Shown here piece after piece: positions 7,069-14,704 of a DNA stretch of 31,356 nucleotides. The stretch's first letter is position 1; every line of letters starts with the position of its first letter. Both the position numbers and the translations under genes were made by a program. Source of the stretch: Peptococcaceae bacterium (lineage in GTDB: Bacteria > Bacillota > Peptococcia > Peptococcales > Peptococcaceae). The notes below the pieces were generated by a model. It had not been told where the DNA came from. It saw only the letters and a program-made list of their open reading frames with translations, and did not search any database. Location of the stretch: NCBI GenBank assembly GCA_017383785.1, contig JAFNVD010000117.1, positions 1-31,356 on the forward strand. Reading direction: 5' to 3'.

Positions 7069-8664
7069 ATGGAAAAACACAAAGAACAAGAAAACAAAGG
7101 CATGAGCAGACGCCGTTTTCTGAGTGTTATGGCAGGTGCTGGTGTTGTTGGTGCTGCAACAACTATGACCGGTTGCAGACCTGTCAGTGATCCAAGCGGT
7201 ACTGGCTGGCTGCCAAATCAGTATCGTAACGCAAGTGCGCAGCCTGTACAGGTAAAAGGTCGTGTGCCACTGGATCCAGCAAACGTATCCTTAGTACGTA
7301 ACGACGAAAAATGTATCCTGTGCGGTCAGTGCTTAGAAGCTTGCGAAAAAGTACAGAGCGTATTTGGTTACTATGAACTGCCTGTAATTGACGAATTTAT
7401 CTGCGTACATTGCGGTCAGTGTTCTCTGTGGTGCCCAACAGGCGCTATTGCAGAACGTAGCGATGTAGAAAACGTATGGAGAGCAATTCAGGACCCAGAA
7501 ACTGTAGTTGTTGTACAGACTGCTCCTGCTACACGCGTTGGTATCGGTGAAGAGTTCGGTATGGGCGCTGGTGCTTGGGCTGAAGGTCAGATGGTAACTG
7601 CTCTGCGTATGTTAGGCTTTGACGTAGTAGTTGACACCAACTTCAGTGCTGACTTAACTATTATGGAAGAAGGCTCCGAATTAGTAGAACGTGTAACTCA
7701 TGGTGGTGTACTGCCACAGATGACATCCTGCTGCCCTGGTTGGGTTAAATTCGTAGAATACTATTATCCAGAATTGATTCCAAACCTGTCTTCCGCTCGC
7801 TCCCCAATGATGATGCATGGTTCTACTCTGAAAACCTACAATGCACAGCAGCTGGGTGTAAGCTATGACAAAATTGTGAACGTTGCTATCATGCCTTGCG
7901 TAGCGAAAAAATTCGAAGCTAGCAGAGAACAGTTTGCTGGTTTAGAAGGCGGCGCTGGTAAATACTACAACGACGACACTGTAAAAGATATGGACTATGT
8001 ACTGAGCGTACGTGAACTGGCTGACATGATTCGTGAAAAACTGGATGTTGATTTCGCTAATCTGCCAGAAGGTCAGTACGACCAGATTGGTTCTACTGCT
8101 GGTTTAATCTTCGGTAACTCCGGTGGTGTTATGGAAGCGGCTGTACGTTCCGCATACACATTAATCACAGGTAATGAGCCGCCTGCAATGCTGTATGACT
8201 TACAGCCTGTACGTGGTCTGGAAGGCATCAAATATGCATCTGTTCCTGTTCCAGGTGTAGGCGAAGTAAAAGTTGCAGTTGTATCCGGTTTGGCAAATGC
8301 ACGTAAAGTATGTGAAGATATCAAAGCGGGTAAAGCGGACTTCCACTTCTTAGAAGTGATGGCTTGCCCAGGCGGATGTATTTCCGGCGGCGGTCAGCCA
8401 AAAACTGCAGTACCTCCACAAGATTGGGTACGTGAAGCACGTACAGCTACCATGTATAATCATGATAAAGCTGGTGTAATCAATGGTTCTGCTGCTGGTG
8501 CAGGTCAGATGACTACCGAAAAAGGTGTACTGAACCTGAGCCACAAAAACCCACAGATTGATGAAATCTACAAAGAATTCTTACATGAACCATTAAGCCA
8601 TCTGGCACATGACCTGTGTCATACCCATTATGTAGACAGATCTGATTCTTTAATCAGAAAATAA
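7069..8664 (+). CDS. hydA: Tat-exported single-chain [FeFe]-hydrogenase catalytic subunit (2x[4Fe-4S] + H-cluster + fused small-subunit domain)
   Basis: Start at ATG 7069 (RBS GAGGTG). SRRRFL Tat motif; CILCGQCLEAC and CVHCGQCSLWCP ferredoxin motifs; H-cluster signatures TSCCPGW, MPCVAKKFE, EVMACPGGCISGGGQP; C-terminal SHKNP...AHDLCHTHY. Confidence 0.96.
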   Translation: MEKHKEQENKGMSRRRFLSVMAGAGVVGAATTMTGCRPVSDPSGTGWLPNQYRNASAQPVQVKGRVPLDPANVSLVRNDEKCILCGQCLEACEKVQSVFGYYELPVIDEFICVHCGQCSLWCPTGAIAERSDVENVWRAIQDPETVVVVQTAPATRVGIGEEFGMGAGAWAEGQMVTALRMLGFDVVVDTNFSADLTIMEEGSELVERVTHGGVLPQMTSCCPGWVKFVEYYYPELIPNLSSARSPMMMHGSTLKTYNAQQLGVSYDKIVNVAIMPCVAKKFEASREQFAGLEGGAGKYYNDDTVKDMDYVLSVRELADMIREKLDVDFANLPEGQYDQIGSTAGLIFGNSGGVMEAAVRSAYTLITGNEPPAMLYDLQPVRGLEGIKYASVPVPGVGEVKVAVVSGLANARKVCEDIKAGKADFHFLEVMACPGGCISGGGQPKTAVPPQDWVREARTATMYNHDKAGVINGSAAGAGQMTTEKGVLNLSHKNPQIDEIYKEFLHEPLSHLAHDLCHTHYVDRSDSLIRK

Positions 8665-8681
8665 AAAGGGAGGTATGAATA

Positions 8682-9509
8682 ATGTCTAGTAAAGTTACAG
8701 ATCAGAAAAGCGTTCTGGTTGACTTAACAAAATGCGTTGGTTGCGGTAGCTGTACAGTTGCCTGCAAATTGTGGAACGCACAGAGTTTCCAGAATCCTCA
8801 GACAAATGAATATGAAAATGCTCACGGTGTAGATGTACAGCTGGATAGCAATACATGGACCACTGTAGAACATAAAAAAGTAAACAAAGATGGTCAGGAA
8901 GTATGGCGTTTTGTAAAACGTCAGTGCATGCACTGCCTGGAACCAGCATGTTCCTCCGTATGCTTTGCACACGCATTCCACCAGACAGAACAGGGTGCTG
9001 TACAGTACGACCCATCTGTATGCGTAGGTTGCCGTTACTGCATGATCGCATGTCCATTCGACATTCCTAAATATGAATGGGAAAAAGTACTGCCATCCGT
9101 AATGAAATGTCAGTTCTGCTCTTCCAAACTGGAAGATGGCGAAGCTCCTGCATGTGCAAGCGTATGCCCAACAGATGCTCTGATGTTCGGCAACAGAGAT
9201 GAACTGCTGGCAAAAGCACATGAAATCATTAACAACGATAGCAGATATCTGAACCATGTATATGGTGAAAAAGAAGTTGGCGGTACCAGCTGGCTGTATA
9301 TCTCCGACGTAGACTTTGGCGAACTGGGCTTCCCAACCAACCTGCCGGAAAAATCTATTCCGGAAAATGTACACGGTTTCACTCGCTTCACAATTCCAAT
9401 TTTCGCAGTAGGTGCTGCAGCATGGACAGGTGTAAGCCTGTATGCAAAACGTCGTCATGCAGTTGCGCATGAAGGCCACCATGCTGAAGAACACCACGAA
9501 GAAGCGTAA
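8682..9509 (+). CDS. HybA/FdnH-like 4x[4Fe-4S] electron-transfer subunit with C-terminal membrane anchor
   Basis: CVGCGSCTVAC, CMHCLEPACSSVC, CVGCRYCMIACPF, KCQFC...PACASVCP; terminal hydrophobic helix FTIPIFAVGAAAWTGVSLY followed by KRR; RBS GGAGGT. Confidence 0.92.
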   Translation: MSSKVTDQKSVLVDLTKCVGCGSCTVACKLWNAQSFQNPQTNEYENAHGVDVQLDSNTWTTVEHKKVNKDGQEVWRFVKRQCMHCLEPACSSVCFAHAFHQTEQGAVQYDPSVCVGCRYCMIACPFDIPKYEWEKVLPSVMKCQFCSSKLEDGEAPACASVCPTDALMFGNRDELLAKAHEIINNDSRYLNHVYGEKEVGGTSWLYISDVDFGELGFPTNLPEKSIPENVHGFTRFTIPIFAVGAAAWTGVSLYAKRRHAVAHEGHHAEEHHEEA

Positions 9510-9529
9510 GAAAGGGAGGTCATCATAAT

Positions 9530-10729
9530 ATGGAATGGATTTTCAAAAGCAAAACAGGTAGATGGAACCTGAGATTGACCCCAATCAGACTGGGCATGCT
9601 GGCATTCGTAGCATTCTCCCTGGTTATGATTTTAGCAAGATACTATGCAGGTCTGGGTTACTGGACCAACTTGAGCGACTTAATGCCATGGGGTGCATGG
9701 ATTGGCGCTGACATGAACGTAATCGCACTGGCTGGTGCTGGTTTCAGTACCGCTATTATTACCCACATTTTCCATGCGGAAAAATACAATCCAGTATCCA
9801 GAAGATGCTTACTGCTGAGCTTTATCGGTTACATCCTGGTACTGTTAATCCTGATCGTTGAAATCGGTCGTTGGGATAATTTCTGGACACCATTCGTTTC
9901 TCCTGGTATCCACTCTCCAATGTTTGAAGTTTACATGTGTATCGTAGCTTACCTGGTTCTGCAGGTAATCGAACTGGTTGAAGTTGGTACTGAAAAAGTG
10001 GCTCCAAAATTCCACAAAAAAATGCAGCCTTTCATGCAGATTGTATTCATCGCTGCATGTACCGTTCCTCTGGGTCATCAGGCTTCCCTGGGTTCTTTGT
10101 ACTTAGCAATGCCTGCTAAACTGGATCCAATTTGGGCTACACAGATGATGCCTTGGTTATTCGTACTGTCTGCATTCTTCGTAGGTCCTTGCGTAGCAAC
10201 TGTAGAATACATTTGGACCAACAGCCGTTACAAAATGAAAGTTGATACCGGTATGCTGTATGGTCTGTGCCGTATCTCTGCAGTACTGATGGCTGTATAC
10301 TTTGTACTGAAATGTGCTGACCTGGTAATGCGTGGTCAGGTAGGTAACGTATTTGCTTTCAACTTCGTAAGCAACATGTTCCTGTTAGAAATGCTGTGCC
10401 TGTGCATTATCCCAATCGTAATCCACCTGATTCCATTTGGTAGAACACAGGGTGGTCTGCTGACATTTGGTATCGTAGGTATGATTGGTTTGGTACTGAC
10501 CCGTCTGAACGTAGTGTTCACAGGTATGAGTGCACACATCGGTGCTTTGGGCGGCAGCTACATTCCATCCTTCATGGAAATCGTATCTACCATCGGTCTG
10601 TTCTTCTTAGCATTCTTAGCTTACATGTGGGTAACTGAAAACTTCCCATTCTTCTTTGGTGTAGCTGGCGATGCAGAAGAAGATAAAGAAAACCCATCTG
10701 CTAGCGGTTACAACCAGGCTGTTCTGTAA
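9530..10729 (+). CDS. NrfD/PsrC-family (HybB/HmcC-like) polytopic membrane subunit, putative quinone-reactive module
   Basis: About 10 hydrophobic segments; PWGAWIG, ALAGAGF, EIGRW, HSPMFEV, HQASLGSL motifs; RBS GGAGGT. Confidence 0.9.
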   Translation: MEWIFKSKTGRWNLRLTPIRLGMLAFVAFSLVMILARYYAGLGYWTNLSDLMPWGAWIGADMNVIALAGAGFSTAIITHIFHAEKYNPVSRRCLLLSFIGYILVLLILIVEIGRWDNFWTPFVSPGIHSPMFEVYMCIVAYLVLQVIELVEVGTEKVAPKFHKKMQPFMQIVFIAACTVPLGHQASLGSLYLAMPAKLDPIWATQMMPWLFVLSAFFVGPCVATVEYIWTNSRYKMKVDTGMLYGLCRISAVLMAVYFVLKCADLVMRGQVGNVFAFNFVSNMFLLEMLCLCIIPIVIHLIPFGRTQGGLLTFGIVGMIGLVLTRLNVVFTGMSAHIGALGGSYIPSFMEIVSTIGLFFLAFLAYMWVTENFPFFFGVAGDAEEDKENPSASGYNQAVL

Positions 10730-10769
10730 GAACTGCTTTGTAAAAATACATCATAGCAATATGATAAGC

Positions 10770-10803
10770 AAAGAGCGTTTCTCGTTTGAGAAACGCTCTT
10801 TTT
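10770..10803. terminator. Bidirectional terminator shared by the hydrogenase operon and sigG
   Basis: Perfect stem AAAGAGCGTTTCTC-GTTT-GAGAAACGCTCTTT followed by a T-run. Confidence 0.85.
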
Positions 10804-10810
10804 GTTGTGG

Positions 10811-11587
10811 TTATACATATTTACGCATACTTTGCAATGCACCTTTTTCTAATCGGCTAACCTGTGCTTGTGAGATTGCGATTTCATCAGCTACTTCCAT
10901 CTGTGTTTTGCCTTGAAAAAAGCGCATATCAATAATGCATTGTTCTCTGGGGCTTAATCGATCTAATGCTTGTTGAATTGCAATATTCTCTAACCAATGA
11001 AAGTCTGTATTTTTTGTGTCTTTCACTTGGTCCATGATATAGATTGGATCGCCACCGTCATTATAGATAGGGTCATATAAAGATACAGGTTCCTGAATAG
11101 CATCTAATGCAGCGCATACTTCTTCTATAGGCAATTCTAGTTCTTTTGCTATTTGATCAATACCGGGCTCTTTGCCGAGCTGTGCGGTCAGATACTCTCG
11201 GATTTGTAATGCTTTATATGCAATATCTCGCAATGAACGACTTACACGCATAGGTGTATTATCGCGCAGATATCGACGAACTTCCCCTAATATCATTGGC
11301 ACAGCGTAAGTAGAAAAACGTACTTCAAATTTTAAGTCGAAATTATCGATTGCTTTCATTAAACCAATGCAGCCCACTTGAAACAAATCATCTGCATTCT
11401 CATTTCTGTTGCTAAACCGTTGAATTACACTCAGCACCAAGCGTAAATTACCGTAAATCAGCTGTTCTCTAGCATCCTTGTCACCATTTTGATATTGCCG
11501 AAACAATACAAGCATTTGCTCGCTATTAAGTATCGGCAGCTTTGAGGTATCTACACCACAGATTTCTACCTTGCACAAATAAGCCAT
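10811..11587 (-). CDS. sigG: Late forespore RNA polymerase sigma factor SigG
   Basis: Diagnostic N-terminus KVEICGVDTSKLP, GNLRLVLSVIQRF, DDLFQVGCIGLMKAIDNFD, FSTYAVPMILGEVRRYLRDN, EPVSLYDPIYNDGGDPIYIMDQV; RBS GGAGGG. Confidence 0.96.
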   Translation of the reverse strand: MAYLCKVEICGVDTSKLPILNSEQMLVLFRQYQNGDKDAREQLIYGNLRLVLSVIQRFSNRNENADDLFQVGCIGLMKAIDNFDLKFEVRFSTYAVPMILGEVRRYLRDNTPMRVSRSLRDIAYKALQIREYLTAQLGKEPGIDQIAKELELPIEEVCAALDAIQEPVSLYDPIYNDGGDPIYIMDQVKDTKNTDFHWLENIAIQQALDRLSPREQCIIDMRFFQGKTQMEVADEIAISQAQVSRLEKGALQSMRKYV

Positions 11588-11650
11588 GTCAGTCCCTCCG
11601 AATGCGTCATCATGTAAAAAGTTTTTCTGTTTGATTTACTTTGATGAGTT

Positions 11651-11680
11651 AATTATTGCCTCAAAGAGTTTGATTTATAC
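11651..11680 (-). promoter_or_regulatory. sigmaF-type (forespore) promoter of sigG
   Basis: Minus strand GTATA-N15-GGCAATAATT matches the B. subtilis sigmaF consensus GYATA-N15-GGnrAnAnTw at every position. Confidence 0.75.
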
Positions 11681-11726
11681 GGCTTAACAAAATGTAACAC
11701 TTGTCAGAATGTATTCACACAACAAA

Positions 11727-11760
11727 AGAGGCTATTGTCAATAAATTGACAATAGCCTCT
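11727..11760 (-). terminator. Intrinsic terminator after the UPF0182 gene
   Basis: 16-bp perfect arms AGAGGCTATTGTCAAT / ATTGACAATAGCCTCT, followed by TTTGTTG on the minus strand. Confidence 0.82.
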
Positions 11761-11779
11761 GTGTTGTTATGCAGTTGAT

Positions 11780-14557
11780 TTATACAGTAATATCTGATAA
11801 TTCGTCAATGTTTTCTGCATCGTTTGTACTTTCACTAGTTGAACTTGTTTTGCCCAGCTGATTGATAGCTTTTTCTAAAGCATCCATGTATTTACCGTAA
11901 TCAGCCCAGTTGCCTTGCTGTGCAGACAGTTTGGCATTCTGATATGCAGTTTTGATTTGCTGTACGGCTTCGTCATAGGTTACAGTAGAATCATTTTCTG
12001 CTGGATTGGAAGTAGACGGTGTATCGCCAGGACCGGCAGATTCAAAATTAGTTCCAAATAACTGGCTTAATGCTTCATCCAGTGTTTTGGCCATCACGAT
12101 TTGATCTTTATAAGCTACGACGATACGTACCACTTCCGGTAGACTATTTTCATTGTTGGTAGTCAAGTAAATCGGCTCGATATACAGAATGGAGTTCTGA
12201 ATCGGAATAACCAGAAGATTACTGCGGATTACAGAAGAACCTTGCTGATCCCATAAGTTCAGATTCTGAGAAATTTCAGAGTCATTACTGATACGAGCTT
12301 CTACTTGTGCTGGACCATAAATGGTGGACTGTTTCGGGAATTTGAACAGTACTAGCTTACCATAGTTTTCATCGTCGTTACGTGCTGCCAGCCAAGCTAC
12401 CATATTGTTTTTCTCGGTTGGTGTAAATGGACGAATCAGCAAGAACTCAGTAGCATCGGAACCAGGCAGGCTCATATTTACAAAGTATGGTTCCATCTGT
12501 TCAATCTGATTGCCATAAATTTCGTTGGCAATGCTCCACACGTCTTCTTTATTGTAGAAAACAGTCGGATCTTTCATGTGATAACGCTGATAGATTTCAG
12601 TCTGTACTTCAAATAAAGTAGTGGAGTATTTCAGATGTTCACGAATATTCTGAGGCATTTCATCCAGTGTCAAGAATAAGCCAGGGAATACTTTGGCATA
12701 ACTCTGTACCAGTGGGTCACTATTATCCACAATGTAGAATTTTGTTTCACCATCATATGCATTTACAGTTACTTTTACAGAGTTACGTACATAGTTTTGA
12801 CCGTAGAACGGAGATGCAGTGTTGGAAATTCTCGCAGCATACGGATATTTGTTGCTAGAGGTGTATGCATCAATTACCCAAACCAAATTACCATTGTCAA
12901 TTACCAGATATGGATCTTGATCAAAGGTTAGGAATGGTGCAATTTTTTCTACGCGGTCTAAAATATTACGGTTCAACAGGATTTTACTATCACTGTTGAT
13001 TAAGTTAGAAAACAAAATTTTGTAGTTAGCACGATCCAGTGCGAACAGTGCTTTGTTGCCCACGGTCATATTGATACCGGCATCGCCTGCGTACTGAGTT
13101 TGTGCATTGGTATCACCGGTTGGATAGTCAAATTCCGGCTCTTTGGTATTTACAATAACATAATCGTTGGTTAGCTGACCAAAATAAATTTCCGGACGAG
13201 TAATCATCAATTCCTCAACGGAAGTAGTAGGAGGAATGTTTTCTACCCACATTTCCGGCTGACCCTGTGTAGTTACTTTGTTTACAGGCGTAACAACTGC
13301 ACCGTAGCCATGGGTGTATTTCAGATATTTATTAACCCAAGTTTGTGCAGAAACATCCAGACTGTTCTGGTCTAATTCACGAGCAGACAGATAAACCTGT
13401 TGCTGTGCACCATCGATATTATAGCGGTCAATGTCAACGTCTACAAATTTGTAGTACAAACGCATACTCTGCAGTTGATTGAATACAGTGATGGTTGGGC
13501 GATAGTCAATCAAACGAATGTTATTGATGGTGTCCATTTCATCTTTTAAATCGGATGCAGTTAACACACCGTCACCGCTAAATTGTACTTCGGTAATCTG
13601 ATCTAAACCATAAGCTTTATTGGTCATTTCGATGTTGTTAGAGATATAAGGCTGTTCTTTATGAATTTCAGCAGGGTTTACGATAAAGTTTTGGACAGTA
13701 CCTTGTGCCACACCGCCAATTACCAAAATCCCAATCAATAGTACAGGACCGAGAGATGCAATACGAGCGCTTTTCTTTTTCAAGCCTACCAGTAAAGTGA
13801 TAGCGGTAATTACGCAAGCGATACTAGCCAGATTGTACATTGGTAAGGTAACCTTTAAGTCAGTATAGCCTGCACCAAATACAGCACCATCTTGTGCATA
13901 CAGGAGATTAGCTCCGTTCAGTTGGAATCCAGCAATCATTAAAAGTACAAACGCAATGGCAAAATAAATAATACGTTTGCCCATAAGCTTAAAGCTGCGT
14001 TTGCTAAAGCCTTGCAAGTAGAACGTCATCAGCAAGTTGAACATAAAGATAACAGCCAGGAAGAAGAAAGCTAAGTAGTACACAGTTTCAAACAACGATA
14101 AATTAAAGAAGTAGAAACTGATATCACGGCCGAATACCGGATCTACTACATTGGCAGGTGTTTGTTCTAAAAACAGCAGAATATTCTGCCACAATGCAGT
14201 AGCGGAAATCCATCCCGCAAACAACCCTAGAAACAGTGATGGAATCAATGCTAGTACACGTTTTCCCGTTTTCTTTTCCGGTACATTGATGACGGTGTCA
14301 TCTTCTACTTTTACTTCTGGCTGATACTTGGTACTTACCAGCAGTGTGAAGTAGGATAGCAAAAATACCATAAGAAATACCGCAGCACCTACTGCAAATT
14401 TGGCAAATGTGAATTTTAAGAATACCGGTGCATAGCCAATTTCGGAGAACCACAGATAATCGGTGGCAAAATGTGCAATCTGCGGACCGAATACCACTAG
14501 AACAGCAATGATTGCAATCAGCAAACCGGCTTTGCCCAGGTTGGCAAGAAATTTCAA
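11780..14557 (-). CDS. UPF0182-family membrane protein
   Basis: TTG start with GGAGG RBS; N-terminal multi-TM region with DYLWFSEIGY, DPVFGRDISFYFF, GAGYTD; large soluble domain with YTHGYG, PEIYFG, DPYLVI, WVIDAYT, NYVRNSVK, IYGPAQV, NLLVIPI. Confidence 0.9.
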   Translation of the reverse strand: MKFLANLGKAGLLIAIIAVLVVFGPQIAHFATDYLWFSEIGYAPVFLKFTFAKFAVGAAVFLMVFLLSYFTLLVSTKYQPEVKVEDDTVINVPEKKTGKRVLALIPSLFLGLFAGWISATALWQNILLFLEQTPANVVDPVFGRDISFYFFNLSLFETVYYLAFFFLAVIFMFNLLMTFYLQGFSKRSFKLMGKRIIYFAIAFVLLMIAGFQLNGANLLYAQDGAVFGAGYTDLKVTLPMYNLASIACVITAITLLVGLKKKSARIASLGPVLLIGILVIGGVAQGTVQNFIVNPAEIHKEQPYISNNIEMTNKAYGLDQITEVQFSGDGVLTASDLKDEMDTINNIRLIDYRPTITVFNQLQSMRLYYKFVDVDIDRYNIDGAQQQVYLSARELDQNSLDVSAQTWVNKYLKYTHGYGAVVTPVNKVTTQGQPEMWVENIPPTTSVEELMITRPEIYFGQLTNDYVIVNTKEPEFDYPTGDTNAQTQYAGDAGINMTVGNKALFALDRANYKILFSNLINSDSKILLNRNILDRVEKIAPFLTFDQDPYLVIDNGNLVWVIDAYTSSNKYPYAARISNTASPFYGQNYVRNSVKVTVNAYDGETKFYIVDNSDPLVQSYAKVFPGLFLTLDEMPQNIREHLKYSTTLFEVQTEIYQRYHMKDPTVFYNKEDVWSIANEIYGNQIEQMEPYFVNMSLPGSDATEFLLIRPFTPTEKNNMVAWLAARNDDENYGKLVLFKFPKQSTIYGPAQVEARISNDSEISQNLNLWDQQGSSVIRSNLLVIPIQNSILYIEPIYLTTNNENSLPEVVRIVVAYKDQIVMAKTLDEALSQLFGTNFESAGPGDTPSTSNPAENDSTVTYDEAVQQIKTAYQNAKLSAQQGNWADYGKYMDALEKAINQLGKTSSTSESTNDAENIDELSDITV

Positions 14558-14646
14558 ATAAATCCCCTCCTATAGAGATAATTGTCTTGACTATATTTTA
14601 TAACATTCTCCCTGTTTTATCAATGCGAAAACTATTGAGTTTTAGT

Positions 14647-14674
14647 GTCAATTTGCAGATTTCGGTCATATAAT
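14647..14674 (+). promoter_or_regulatory. Candidate sigmaE-type (mother cell) promoter
   Basis: GTCAATT-N13-CATATAAT; the -10 fits CATAnAnT, the -35 is only approximate. Confidence 0.4.
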
Positions 14675-14704
14675 GCAACGAAAGCAAAGAAGGAGGCTGA
14701 TTGT

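Noticed and set aside
8724-9497. 257-aa antisense ORF over the FeS subunit gene
   Set aside because: Shadow frame of a strongly codon-biased gene; no RBS, no motifs.
1675-11760. Hairpins at 1675 and 11727 both contain TGTCAAT/TGACA cores, suggesting a REP-like family or hidden -35 elements
   Set aside because: Arms are otherwise unrelated, there are only two copies, no properly spaced -10 follows, and both are explained as terminators.
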